From the NCBI GenBank assembly GCA_044440125.1, contig JBITAJ010000027.1, positions 1-64,000 of the forward strand: a stretch of 64,000 bases of DNA. Reading direction: 5' to 3'. This DNA comes from Sedimentisphaeraceae bacterium JB056. GTDB lineage: Bacteria; Planctomycetota; Phycisphaerae; Sedimentisphaerales; Sedimentisphaeraceae. Each line of letters begins with the position of its first letter. Within the stretch, counting starts at the first letter, position 1. The notes below the pieces were generated by a model. It worked only from the letters and a program-made list of their open reading frames with translations. It was not told the origin of the DNA and did no database searches. A program made the position numbers and the translations under genes. This document shows positions 38,692 through 48,799 of this stretch, piece by piece.

Positions 38692-39441
38692 ATGAGAGAG
38701 AGACTTTTAGTAATATGTATCGTGTTTTTTGCGACGGCATGTGTATTTGCCAAAGAAGCCTGCTGCAAAGAAATGAGTGTTGAGCGATTAATGGAAAAGA
38801 TAGCTGAAAAGGGCAGTGAACTTGAATCCTTTTCTGCTAATATAATGTATTCACTGACCGAAGATCCTGAGATATTCGAGACAACAACAATTTATACCGG
38901 TACATTTAACTATCTCAAAACAGAGCAAAGACAGTATGCGATGATAGATTTCATTACACGTCAGGAGGATGAACTGCCTGTTGAAGATTATCATCAGAGG
39001 TATGTATTTGACGGTGTTTGGCTGACGAGGATTGATTATCAACTTAAACAAGTAAATAAGGACCAGCTTGTACCCGAGGATGAGCCGGAGGATGTTTTCA
39101 AGCTGATAGGTGAGGATTTTCCGCTTATGGGATTTTCTGGGACAGACAGGCTCTCTGATCGTTATGATATAGAGTTTGAACAGTCTGATGATTCCAGGTC
39201 CTATGAGTTGAATCTCACTCCCAAGGAGCAATCCGATGTGAAATATTCAGAGATACGTTTTGTCATAGACAGTGGAACTCTTTTGCCTCGGAGCATAAAG
39301 GCGGTATCATCTTCTGATTCTTCCATTTGTGATATTCAACTTGACGGCAGCGTGATCAATACAGAACTGAATGAGGAAATCTTCAAGGTTGAAATTCCGG
39401 ATGATTTTACTGTCAGTGAGAATAAGCTTGAGAAAAAATAA
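38692..39441 (+). CDS. LolA-like periplasmic protein
   Basis: Signal peptide; FSA, YVFDGVWL, LNLTPK, IFKVEIP patterns. Confidence 0.65.
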   Translation: MRERLLVICIVFFATACVFAKEACCKEMSVERLMEKIAEKGSELESFSANIMYSLTEDPEIFETTTIYTGTFNYLKTEQRQYAMIDFITRQEDELPVEDYHQRYVFDGVWLTRIDYQLKQVNKDQLVPEDEPEDVFKLIGEDFPLMGFSGTDRLSDRYDIEFEQSDDSRSYELNLTPKEQSDVKYSEIRFVIDSGTLLPRSIKAVSSSDSSICDIQLDGSVINTELNEEIFKVEIPDDFTVSENKLEKK

Positions 39442-39460
39442 TTGTTGATGCATTCAGCAT

Positions 39461-39500
39461 AAAAAAAGAGCGAGAGGTTTTTCAACCTTTCGCTCTTTTT
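39461..39500. terminator. Bidirectional intrinsic terminator
   Basis: aaaaaaagagcgagaggtt...aacctttcgctcttttt. Confidence 0.85.
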
Positions 39501-39525
39501 ATTTATCTATTTTTAAGAAGATAGA

Positions 39526-40779
39526 TTATTCAGCAGGCTTGATCTCTACAGCACCACTCTTCTCTTCTTTCTTCTCTTCCTTCTTTTCCTCTACTTTGAA
39601 CTCATTGTAGTAGACGATGTCGGCATTGTTAAGAAGGTCTTCACGGAACTTGCCGGCAAATTCTCTGCGGCTTCCGTCTTCAAGCTGATTCTTGATGTCT
39701 TCTTTAGCCTCTTCGAAAGTAACCGTCTTGGCATCTTTCTTATCGGTAACCTTGATGATATGGTATCCGAACTGAGTCTCGACAACATCACTCACATCGC
39801 CAACTTCCATTGAGAAAGCAGCATCAGAGAAAGGCTTGACCATTCTGCCGCGAGCGAAGAATCCAAGGTCGCCGCCGTTGCTTCCGCTTGGGCATTCTGA
39901 ATTCTCTTTAGCAAGAGCAGCAAAATCGCCGCCATCTTTAACCTGCTTCAGGATGCCTTCTATCTTGGCTTTTGCAGCAGCTTTATCTTCATCACTTGCA
40001 TCAGGAGCTACCTTAACAAGAATATGACTTGCTTTAACCTGTGATTCCTGCTGGAAACGCTGTGGGTTATCTTCGTAATACTTTTTGATATCTTCATCGC
40101 TAACTTTAGTTTCACCACCAGCCATCTTGTCCATCATCTTCTGGTATTTCATACCATTGCGAACCTGGCTGCGGAATTCTTCAAAGTCTCTGCCCATATC
40201 AGCAACGCGTTTTTTGAAGTCTTCTACTGTGATGTTATTTTCTGCGAGAATCTTTTCAATCTCAGCATCAAGCTCTGTGTCTGCAACGTTGATACCGTTT
40301 TCGTCGAATTTCTTCTCAAGAAGCTTCTGGAAAATAAGACTGTCAAGAGCACGCTTCTTGATAAGCTTAGACTGATTAGCTTTAACTTCTTCCGGCATAT
40401 TCTGAAGACGTGGAGCAACAAGCTCATCTACTTCAGCAATAGTGATTGTTACATCGCCTGCTTTTGCAGCAATATCGGCATTTTCATCTTTAGCCGCATC
40501 TTCTGTTGCTGATTCGGCTTTCATAGGGCAAACAGCTTTTGCATCTTTGCTGCATTCTGCCTTCTTTGCATCGCATTTTGCGGCATCTGCTTTCTTTGGA
40601 CATTTATCTGTACCGCATTTGGATGTATCACCACAGCAAGCTGCTGACTTATCCATACTGCATGTAGCTTTTGCGTCACATTTCGCTTTAGCATCACATT
40701 TCGCATCATCTGCGGCAAAAGCCACTGTAGCTACAGCGATTATTATTACTAAAACACTGATCTTCTTCAAACAAGTCAT
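39526..40779 (-). CDS. PpiC-type peptidyl-prolyl isomerase (PrsA/SurA-like) with Cys-rich N-terminal extension
   Basis: VKASHILVK, GGDLGFF, VETQFGYHII; signal peptide. Confidence 0.9.
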   Translation of the reverse strand: MTCLKKISVLVIIIAVATVAFAADDAKCDAKAKCDAKATCSMDKSAACCGDTSKCGTDKCPKKADAAKCDAKKAECSKDAKAVCPMKAESATEDAAKDENADIAAKAGDVTITIAEVDELVAPRLQNMPEEVKANQSKLIKKRALDSLIFQKLLEKKFDENGINVADTELDAEIEKILAENNITVEDFKKRVADMGRDFEEFRSQVRNGMKYQKMMDKMAGGETKVSDEDIKKYYEDNPQRFQQESQVKASHILVKVAPDASDEDKAAAKAKIEGILKQVKDGGDFAALAKENSECPSGSNGGDLGFFARGRMVKPFSDAAFSMEVGDVSDVVETQFGYHIIKVTDKKDAKTVTFEEAKEDIKNQLEDGSRREFAGKFREDLLNNADIVYYNEFKVEEKKEEKKEEKSGAVEIKPAE

Positions 40780-40897
40780 TCTTTTTCCTTTCAGTTTTTT
40801 CCGTTGGTTTTTAACGTGTATTACGATATTTTCCCGCTTTTGTTTGATAAGTCAAGCTAATTTGTGAAAAAGCAATGAACCTATCAGATAAAGCAAC

Positions 40898-43282
40898 CTA
40901 CTTTTCTTCTTTTTTCGTGGTTTTTTTAGAGGCCTTCTTAGGGGCTTTTTTTCTACCGAGCATTATATCAGCTTCTTCGATGGTTTTTGGCGGCCATTTG
41001 CCTTCTTCCTGCCATTTTTTCAGCTCATCAATCATCTTCATGCTTATAATATTACGGCATCTTGGGAATTTATTGCATCCAAGGAATGGTCCCCGCTTGC
41101 TTTGCCTTATGACAAGTTCACCATTTTTACACTTATGACATTTGACGCCCGAAGGTTCAGCCGGCGGTTTCGGTGGAAGCGGGTTGCCTTCTTTGTCTAT
41201 CTTCATGATTGTTTTACATGTAGGATAGTCCTGGCAGCCGAGGAATTTTCCAAACCTGCCGTTCTTTTCTATCATTGGCTTGCCGCAATTAGGACATTTG
41301 ATGTCGGTTTCTTTGTCCTTAAGCATCTTACCTTTTACATCGCATGGGCATGCGAATTTGCATTCGGGATATTTTGAACAGCTCAGGAACCTTCCGTTTC
41401 TGCCAAATCTGTAGTCAAGACGCGAGCCGCAGTCAGGGCAGTCGTATTCGCTTGGTGTTGTTTCAGCTTTGGCATGCTTCATTTGCTCAACTGCTTCATC
41501 AAGGCGTTTCTTGAATGGGCCGTAGAATTTATGGAGTACTTCTATCCAGTTAAGGTGCTTTTCCTCAATGGAATCCAGTTCAAGTTCCATCTCTCTTGTG
41601 AAAGCAATATCCATGATTTCAGGGAAGAATTGTTCAAGCTTTTCCGTTACAACTTCACCAAGATCGGTTGCGTGGAATTTTCTGTCGATTTGCTTAACAT
41701 ATTCCCTGTCCTGAATGGTAGATATGATGGAAGCATAGGTACTTGGTCTGCCGATGCCTTCCTTTTCCAGTGCTTTCACCAGTGAAGCTTCTGTATATCT
41801 GGCCGGCGGCTTTGTGAAATGCTGCTCCGGTTTGATATCAACAGCCGCGACCGGTTGACCGGTGCTCAGTTCAGGAAGGTCCTGCTCATTCGACTTGCTT
41901 TTCCATATTCTGGTAAATCCGTCAAAAGCCAATACTCTTCCTGATGTTTTGAATACGCATTTCCCGGCAGATGTCTGAGATTCTATCTCAGCGATTGTTA
42001 TAAACCACTTTGCCGGAGTCATTTGTGAAGCGACAAATCTTCTCCAAACAAGGTCATAAAGTTTATATTCATCTGTATCGAGGTATTTTTCTATACTGTC
42101 GGGGGTTATTGTCGCATCTGTTGGGCGTATTGCCTCGTGAGCTTCCTGTGCGTTTTGTTTTGAAGAATAGAAATTGGGTTTTTCGGGTAGGTAATCATTG
42201 CCCAAATTTTCGCCAATATATTTTCTCGCACTGTTGAGCGCTTCAGGTGAAACATTGGTACTGTCGGTACGCATATAGGTTATGAGACCGATTGTTCCAA
42301 GTCCTCCCAGTTCTTTACCTTCGTAAAGATGCTGCGCTGTACGCATTGTTCTCTTTGTGGCAAAACCCAATTTATTTGCGGCTGCCTGCTGGAGAGTTGA
42401 AGTGATGAACGGCGGAGCGGGCCTGGAGCTGGTTTGCTTTTTCTCGACTTTGCCTATATTATAGTCGGCATCTTTAATCGCATCAAATACGGCTAAAGCG
42501 TCTTTTTCATTGTCAGCAGAGAACTTCTTGCCGTTGACCGTTGTTATTTCAGCCTTGAATGCATTGTGCTGCGAGAGCCATTCATTTTGCTGTGCTACCG
42601 TAGGGGCCTTATCTTTTTCGCCGGCAGTGGCAAGGAATTCTTGCCATTTCGCAGAATAATCAGCTTCATTGTCGGTGGAGAATACTGCCGGTATCTGCCA
42701 GTATTCATCAGGCTTAAAGTTTCTGATTTCTTTTTCACGATCGACAACTATCTTGACCGCTACTGACTGAACCCTTCCAGCACTGAGACCGGCGGCAACT
42801 TTTCTCCATAGAAGGGGGCTTATCTGATAGCCCACGATTCTATCGAGTATTCGTCTTGCCTGCTGGGCATCAACTTTGCTTTGGTTCAGTTTACCCGGTG
42901 AGCTGAAAGCCTGCTGTATAGAATTCTTGGTGATAGCGTTAAACACTACTCGCCAGGTGTTCTCTTCAGGCATCTTTAAGATTTCTGCAAGATGCCATGC
43001 GATAGCCTCTCCTTCGCGGTCAAGGTCAGTTGCGAGATAGAGGTTTTCACACTTCTTAGCAGCGCTTTTAAGCTGGTTTACAAGCCGTTTTCTTCCGGGG
43101 GTAATATCGTATGTGGGTTCGAAATCATTTTCGATATCAACATTTATACCTTTGCTGGGAAGATCGCGGATGTGTCCCATTGAGGCCATTACCTCGTAAT
43201 CAGAACCAAGATACTTGTTAATAGTCTTGGCTTTTGCCGGTGATTCCACGATAACCAGCGATTTTTTTGCTGTTTTTGCCAT
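40898..43282 (-). CDS. topA: DNA topoisomerase I
   Basis: IVESPAKAKTI, DLDREGE, SAGRVQS, ITYMRTDS, C-terminal zinc ribbons. Confidence 0.97.
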   Translation of the reverse strand: MAKTAKKSLVIVESPAKAKTINKYLGSDYEVMASMGHIRDLPSKGINVDIENDFEPTYDITPGRKRLVNQLKSAAKKCENLYLATDLDREGEAIAWHLAEILKMPEENTWRVVFNAITKNSIQQAFSSPGKLNQSKVDAQQARRILDRIVGYQISPLLWRKVAAGLSAGRVQSVAVKIVVDREKEIRNFKPDEYWQIPAVFSTDNEADYSAKWQEFLATAGEKDKAPTVAQQNEWLSQHNAFKAEITTVNGKKFSADNEKDALAVFDAIKDADYNIGKVEKKQTSSRPAPPFITSTLQQAAANKLGFATKRTMRTAQHLYEGKELGGLGTIGLITYMRTDSTNVSPEALNSARKYIGENLGNDYLPEKPNFYSSKQNAQEAHEAIRPTDATITPDSIEKYLDTDEYKLYDLVWRRFVASQMTPAKWFITIAEIESQTSAGKCVFKTSGRVLAFDGFTRIWKSKSNEQDLPELSTGQPVAAVDIKPEQHFTKPPARYTEASLVKALEKEGIGRPSTYASIISTIQDREYVKQIDRKFHATDLGEVVTEKLEQFFPEIMDIAFTREMELELDSIEEKHLNWIEVLHKFYGPFKKRLDEAVEQMKHAKAETTPSEYDCPDCGSRLDYRFGRNGRFLSCSKYPECKFACPCDVKGKMLKDKETDIKCPNCGKPMIEKNGRFGKFLGCQDYPTCKTIMKIDKEGNPLPPKPPAEPSGVKCHKCKNGELVIRQSKRGPFLGCNKFPRCRNIISMKMIDELKKWQEEGKWPPKTIEEADIMLGRKKAPKKASKKTTKKEEK

Positions 43283-43333
43283 ATTTCTGCTGTATATTAA
43301 ATTCTCTCTTTACAAACAACGTCATATTAAACG

Positions 43334-44453
43334 TTATTTCCCCTTATTCTTCTTTTCAGCTCTGAACCGGAGATAACTTTCTATAAAGCCCTCTATATCT
43401 CCGTCGAGTACCGCCTGTACATTTCCTGTCTGGAAATCAGTCCTGTGATCTTTGACCATCTGATAAGGCTGCATTACATAACTTCTTATCTGGTTACCCC
43501 ATGCAATCTCACCTTTGTTTCCATAAAGCTTATTGAGCTCATCATCACGTTTTTGTTTTTCCAGCATGTACAATCGGGCCTTAAGCATCTTCATTGCTTC
43601 GGCCTTGTTTTTGTGCTGGCTTCTGTCGTTTTGACATTGTACTACAAGACCAGTCTCGAAGTGTGTTATACGAACTGCCGAGCTTGTCTTGTTGACATGC
43701 TGACCGCCTGCACCGCTTGCACGGTAAAAGTCGATTCGTATATCTTTTTCATCTATTTCGATATCGACATCATCACCTGCATCCGGTATCACGTCAACAG
43801 CCGTAAAGCTTGTATGCCGCCTGCTTTGTGAATCAAAAGGACTGATTCTCACAAGTCTGTGAACTCCAGATTCGCAGGAGAGTTTGCCAAAGGCGAACGG
43901 TCCGCTTACTTTCAATGTTATGGAACGTACGCCCGCCTCTTCACCTGGCGTTATATCCAGTTCTTCAAACTTGTATCCGTTTGTTTCAAAATAACGGGTG
44001 TACATTCTAAGCAGTATGCTTGCCCAATCGCAGCTTTCTGTACCGCCGGCTCCGGCATGAATGCTGAAGAAACAGTCATTCATATCGTCAGGGCCGCTGA
44101 GTGTTCCGGCAAGTTCTATCTGGTCACAGAGTTTTGCTGTTGTCGTTATGTCATCTTCAATGACTGATAAAGTGTCCTGGTCGTCTTCCTCAACTGCCAA
44201 AGTAAAGAGGTCGTTGAGGTCGTTGACTGCCGTTATAGCATCGTTAACGGGGTTGACTACGCTTTTGAGAGCACTTAGCTCTGATACTGTTTTTTGTGCG
44301 GATTCCGGGTTGTCCCAGAATGTTGGAGAGCTCATCAGCTCTTCGAGTTGTTGTTTTCGCTGCTTTTTCTCTTCGAGGTTAAAGCCACTCCCGGACTTTT
44401 AGTATCCGGGCCTCAAGATCGGTTATTGCTTCTTTTATCTCAGATGTTTCCAT
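43334..44453 (-). CDS. prfB: Peptide chain release factor 2, with +1 programmed frameshift after codon 24 (about 372 aa)
   Basis: ORF1 [24 protein letters not shown] then CTT TAA C; +1 frame continues NLEEKK...; SPF and GGQ motifs. Confidence 0.95.
44378..44393 (-). other. prfB frameshift cassette: internal SD, CTT TAA C
   Basis: Minus strand CGGGAG TGG CTT TAA C. Confidence 0.9.
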
Positions 44454-44969
44454 ATATGTCTATTTGTTCCTTTATATAAGAAGGATTTTCGAAATCTTAC
44501 AAGTTCTGAAAATTAAAGCGATATTCAAAAAAGATGTTTCTGGGCTACCTCTTAGAACCATAAAGGCTTGATAATACAGGTATAAACATCATTTTCGCCG
44601 GCATCGCTATATTAAATATCCGTTTTATTTCGTTTTCTTTTTTGTTCTAAGGCACTTTATATACCACAAAGAAGCTGGCTTTTCAACATCTAAAAAAATT
44701 TACATTCCAAAAGTTTTTCTAATTCTATGCTTTATGTTGGGGTTGATTTGAATTTGTAAATAGGAATTACATGTTTTACTTTCGCTGATACTTTATTAAG
44801 TTATATCTTTGGATAAGACCTTTTTTATGTTTAATTGTTCACTCGTCTGGGGTTTGTAGTGAAAAAAAGTGCAATATATTTTAAATCTGATTATTTAAGG
44901 ATTGTTGCTATTGTCTTTATCGCTATAATTGGTAAGATGTTTATTAATTTTGAAATGGTGATCTATTTT

Positions 44970-45638
44970 ATGAAAAAGAACATACTGGCTATATTATTAC
45001 TTCCTGTGCTGCTGCTGACAGGAGGTTGCGGCATTGTAAGTGTGTTAGGCACTCCATCGGCAAGTGAAGAAGTTGTGGAGGCCAAGTTTGATATATCGCA
45101 GAGGTATGGCGAGAAAATACTTGTGCTTGTAAATCAGCCGAGTTGGGTCAATTCGCCGGTGAATTTAAGAAAAGAGATAACCAATAAGGTAAATTCGTAC
45201 ATGCGGGTTTATTTTGAAGATCTTCCAGAAGACAGTATTATAGAGTATGACACTGTCAAAGAGAAGCGAAGCAGTGATATGGATTTTGATAACAGGGATG
45301 TTGTCGAGCTTGCAGAGATGTTTGACGCGGGAGTTGTGCTTTATATCGAGTTGCTGGAATTTGACATACTGCGTCTGACTTCGCAAGGGTATTATTCTGC
45401 CGAAATGAAAACTTTCTCGGTTTTGTATGACGGCAAGGACGGCAGCGTGCTATGGCCGGAAACCAAGGCTGAATCTGTTATATCCCTTGGGATTGAGTGC
45501 GAAAAGGGTGTTGAGCAGACTATGGTCAGGCTTTCTACGGCTGCAGCTCATTGTACGTTAAGAAATTTTTACGATTGTCTAAGGCATAAATACAAAGTAA
45601 TAGAAGAAAAAAGACAATATGAGATGGATGAGTGGTAA
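44970..45638 (+). CDS. Lipoprotein of unknown function
   Basis: MKKNILAILLLPVLLLTGGC lipobox; upstream ORF extension judged spurious. Confidence 0.75.
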   Translation: MKKNILAILLLPVLLLTGGCGIVSVLGTPSASEEVVEAKFDISQRYGEKILVLVNQPSWVNSPVNLRKEITNKVNSYMRVYFEDLPEDSIIEYDTVKEKRSSDMDFDNRDVVELAEMFDAGVVLYIELLEFDILRLTSQGYYSAEMKTFSVLYDGKDGSVLWPETKAESVISLGIECEKGVEQTMVRLSTAAAHCTLRNFYDCLRHKYKVIEEKRQYEMDEW

Positions 45639-45759
45639 AAATAATTGACAATTGGTGAGCTATAATAGATAATTTCAGCCTTTTAATGGCTAAAACTTGT
45701 TTTTACTGGTTACAATTTCCCCGTTAATTTAGTTAATTTAACATTTGGAGATGTTTAAT

Positions 45760-47343
45760 ATGTACAAAATTTTGATCTCAGACAAACTTGCACAGGAAGG
45801 TATTGACCTTATAAACAATACAGATGGTTTTGAAGCGGTAGTCAATACCGGTTTAAGCGAGGATGAGTTGTCTTCGATCATTGGTGATTATGATGGTCTT
45901 ATCATCCGCAGTGCTACTCAGGTAACCCCAAAGGTGCTTGAAAACAGCGGCAAGCTCAAGGGTGTTGCAAGAGCGGGAGTTGGTGTTGACAATATCAATA
46001 TTCCGGAAGCGACTCGTGCAGGTGTGCTTGTTATGAATACACCTGGCGGAAATACTCTCAGTGCTGCCGAGCATACTATGGCACTTATGCTTTCAATGAG
46101 CCGTAATGTTGTGCCTGCCTGCAACAGTATGAAAGAGGGCAAGTGGGACAGAAAAAGCTACATGGGTAACCAGCTTAACAACAAGACTATCGGTGTGATT
46201 GGTCTTGGTCGTATCGGTATGGCAGTAGTACGCATGGCACTTGGTTTCAATATGAACGTTCTTGGTTATGATCCATTTGCTGTTCCTGAAGAGGCTAAGA
46301 AGCTTGGTATCTCTGTTACAGATGATTTGAACGATATATATCAGAAGTCAGACTTTATCTCTCTGCACGTGCCGAGGAACAAGGACACAGAGAATATGAT
46401 CGATAAGGCTCAGCTTGAAATGATGAAGCCTACCACGCGTATTGTCAACTGTGCTCGCGGCGGTATCATAAATGAAAATGCCCTTTACGATGCACTTGAG
46501 GCTGGCGTTATAGCTGGTGCGGCATTGGACGTGTTCCCGACAGAGCCTCCGAAAAATACACGTTTTGAAAATATCGCTAACTGTCTGGTAACTCCTCACC
46601 TTGGAGCAAGTACAGAAGAAGCTCAGATTGAAGTAGCTGTAGAGGCAGCGCAGATTCTGATGGATGCGATTAAGGGCGGACCGATAAAGAATGCTCTCAA
46701 TGCTCCGGCGATGGGTGATTCTATGCCGAAACAGGTAGTTGCTTATGCCGCTCTGGCCGGAAAGATCGGTTCACTTATGAGCAGCATGTTGACCGGAAGA
46801 GTAAAGAGCATTGACCTTACTTATCTTGGCGATATTGCTTCTCTTGATGTTTCTGCTGTAACAACAGCATTTAATATCGCATTGCTCCAGCCGAACTTCG
46901 ATTCACCGGTTAATATCGTTAACGTTGGCTTCCTTGCAAAAGAGCGCGGTATTACAACAAACGTTACTACAAGCGAAAGCATCAACAACCTTTCTTCAAG
47001 TTTTACCGCAAAGGTAACTACGGAGAAGGGAAGCCACAGCGTTACCGGTACAGTGTTTGACGGCAACATATTGAAGGTTGTTTCTGTTGACGGTTATGAT
47101 GCTGAGTTTACACCTGAAGGCACTTTGATGATGCTTTATTATGAGGATCGTCCGGGTGTTATTGGTGCTATCGGAACAGCGTGTGGCAAGTCGAATATCA
47201 ATATCGGCACAATGAGTGTTGGCAGAGGACAGGGCAAGGCTCTTATGGTGGTATCTCTCGATCAGTCGTTGTGTGAAGATACTAATAAGGAACTCGATAA
47301 GCTCGACTATATAGATAACTATATCGCTTGCAGCATCGACTGA
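45760..47343 (+). CDS. serA: D-3-phosphoglycerate dehydrogenase
   Basis: RAGVGVDN, GLGRIG, VNCARGG, TPHLGAST, C-terminal ACT domain (DRPGVIG). Confidence 0.95.
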   Translation: MYKILISDKLAQEGIDLINNTDGFEAVVNTGLSEDELSSIIGDYDGLIIRSATQVTPKVLENSGKLKGVARAGVGVDNINIPEATRAGVLVMNTPGGNTLSAAEHTMALMLSMSRNVVPACNSMKEGKWDRKSYMGNQLNNKTIGVIGLGRIGMAVVRMALGFNMNVLGYDPFAVPEEAKKLGISVTDDLNDIYQKSDFISLHVPRNKDTENMIDKAQLEMMKPTTRIVNCARGGIINENALYDALEAGVIAGAALDVFPTEPPKNTRFENIANCLVTPHLGASTEEAQIEVAVEAAQILMDAIKGGPIKNALNAPAMGDSMPKQVVAYAALAGKIGSLMSSMLTGRVKSIDLTYLGDIASLDVSAVTTAFNIALLQPNFDSPVNIVNVGFLAKERGITTNVTTSESINNLSSSFTAKVTTEKGSHSVTGTVFDGNILKVVSVDGYDAEFTPEGTLMMLYYEDRPGVIGAIGTACGKSNINIGTMSVGRGQGKALMVVSLDQSLCEDTNKELDKLDYIDNYIACSID

Positions 47344-47372
47344 TAAAGCTGATTGATTTTGAATGAATATAG

Positions 47373-47407
47373 ACAGGGAAGCGAAAACAAAACGCTTCCC
47401 TGTTTTT
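47373..47407 (+). terminator. Intrinsic terminator after serA
   Basis: acagggaagcg...cgcttccctgttttt. Confidence 0.75.
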
Positions 47408-47428
47408 GTAAATTGTGTTTGTCATAAT

Positions 47429-48799
47429 ATGCGTGAATTTCTTGATGTAGACAAAATAGCTGCCGGTTGCGGCGGGGTGTTAAACGGAGACGGTGGGCTT
47501 CAGTGCGGTGGAGTTTGCATTGATTCACGTCAGGTAAAGGCGGGCGACTGTTTCTTTGCTATAAAGGGCGAGCGCTTTGATGGGCATGAGTTTGTCCAGA
47601 AGGCGTTTGAGAGCGGGGCGACTTGTGCTGTAGTAGACAAGTCGTTTGATGTCAGCAGTATAAAAGGTTTGTTAAATGGAGAAAAAAGAGACCTGACCCC
47701 TTTAATTGTGGTTGAGGATACTACTTTGGCACTTGGCAACTTGGCGGCGTATTACCGCAGCTTGCTTACCGCAAAGGTGGTAGCGATAACTGGTTCGGTT
47801 GGCAAGACTACTGCTCGGGATATGATAAGCGGTGTATTGTCGAGCCGATATAAATGCCATAGTGCGAAGAAGAGTTTTAATAATCATATTGGTTTGCCGC
47901 TTACGATTCTTGAAGCTGATATCAACAGCGAAGTTCTCGTTGTTGAGCTTGGTACGAATCATCCCGGAGAGATTGAGTATCTTACTAAAATCGCCAATCC
48001 TGATATTGCCGTGATAACAAAAGTTGCGGCCGCTCACATAGAATATTTCGGTACGCTGAGGGAAATAGCCAAGGAAAAGGCATCAATTGCTCTTGGACTG
48101 AAAAAGGATGGCTCACTTATTGTCAATGGTGACAGTGATGAGCTTGTAAATTATCTTGAATCTGAAAATATCCCATATTCTTCCTATAGCATAGAAGATA
48201 AGTTCGAGCTTGCGGGCAGTCTCGGTAAGATATTTATTGATGGCATGTGGGTTGAGGTGCCGCTGGCAGGCAGGGGGAATCTGGAGAATGCACTTGCAGC
48301 ATGGAATGTTTGTCGTGAGTTCGGGTTTACACCCGAAGATTTCGCGGCGGCTATTGGTACTGCTATTGCACCTGATATGCGGCTAAATGTGATTGAGCAT
48401 GAGGGCGTACGAATTATCAATGATTGCTACAATGCGAATCCTCAATCGATGGCTAATGCTTTAGAGGTGTTGGCTGGTTTTAGGGGTGAGTCGAAGCGGC
48501 TCGTTGCTGTTTGCGGCGATATGCTGGAGCTTGGAGACTCAAGCCGCCGTTATCACGCAGAGCTTGGAGAAGCGATTGCTGAAAAGGGAATCAATGTGCT
48601 TGTAGCGGTTGGGAAATTTGCACCAGATGTCGCTAAAGCGGCAGAGAAATGCGGCAACACCGAAACACATTGCTTTGAGAATACCGATGCTCTCTGCCAA
48701 AAAATAAAAGCCATAATAAAACCCGGCGACACAGTCCTGCTCAAAGCCTCCCGCTCAATAGCCCTCGAAAAAGCATTAAACGTGCTTATTGGCAATTAA
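47429..48799 (+). CDS. murF: UDP-N-acetylmuramoyl-tripeptide--D-Ala-D-Ala ligase
   Basis: IDSR, GERFDGH, ITGSVGKTT, FNNHIGLPLT, NDCYNANP, GDMLELG, LKASR. Confidence 0.95.
   Translation: MREFLDVDKIAAGCGGVLNGDGGLQCGGVCIDSRQVKAGDCFFAIKGERFDGHEFVQKAFESGATCAVVDKSFDVSSIKGLLNGEKRDLTPLIVVEDTTLALGNLAAYYRSLLTAKVVAITGSVGKTTARDMISGVLSSRYKCHSAKKSFNNHIGLPLTILEADINSEVLVVELGTNHPGEIEYLTKIANPDIAVITKVAAAHIEYFGTLREIAKEKASIALGLKKDGSLIVNGDSDELVNYLESENIPYSSYSIEDKFELAGSLGKIFIDGMWVEVPLAGRGNLENALAAWNVCREFGFTPEDFAAAIGTAIAPDMRLNVIEHEGVRIINDCYNANPQSMANALEVLAGFRGESKRLVAVCGDMLELGDSSRRYHAELGEAIAEKGINVLVAVGKFAPDVAKAAEKCGNTETHCFENTDALCQKIKAIIKPGDTVLLKASRSIALEKALNVLIGN

Noticed and set aside
44378..44384. prfB as a pseudogene
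   Set aside because: The break sits at the canonical position with the slippery CTT-T and an internal SD
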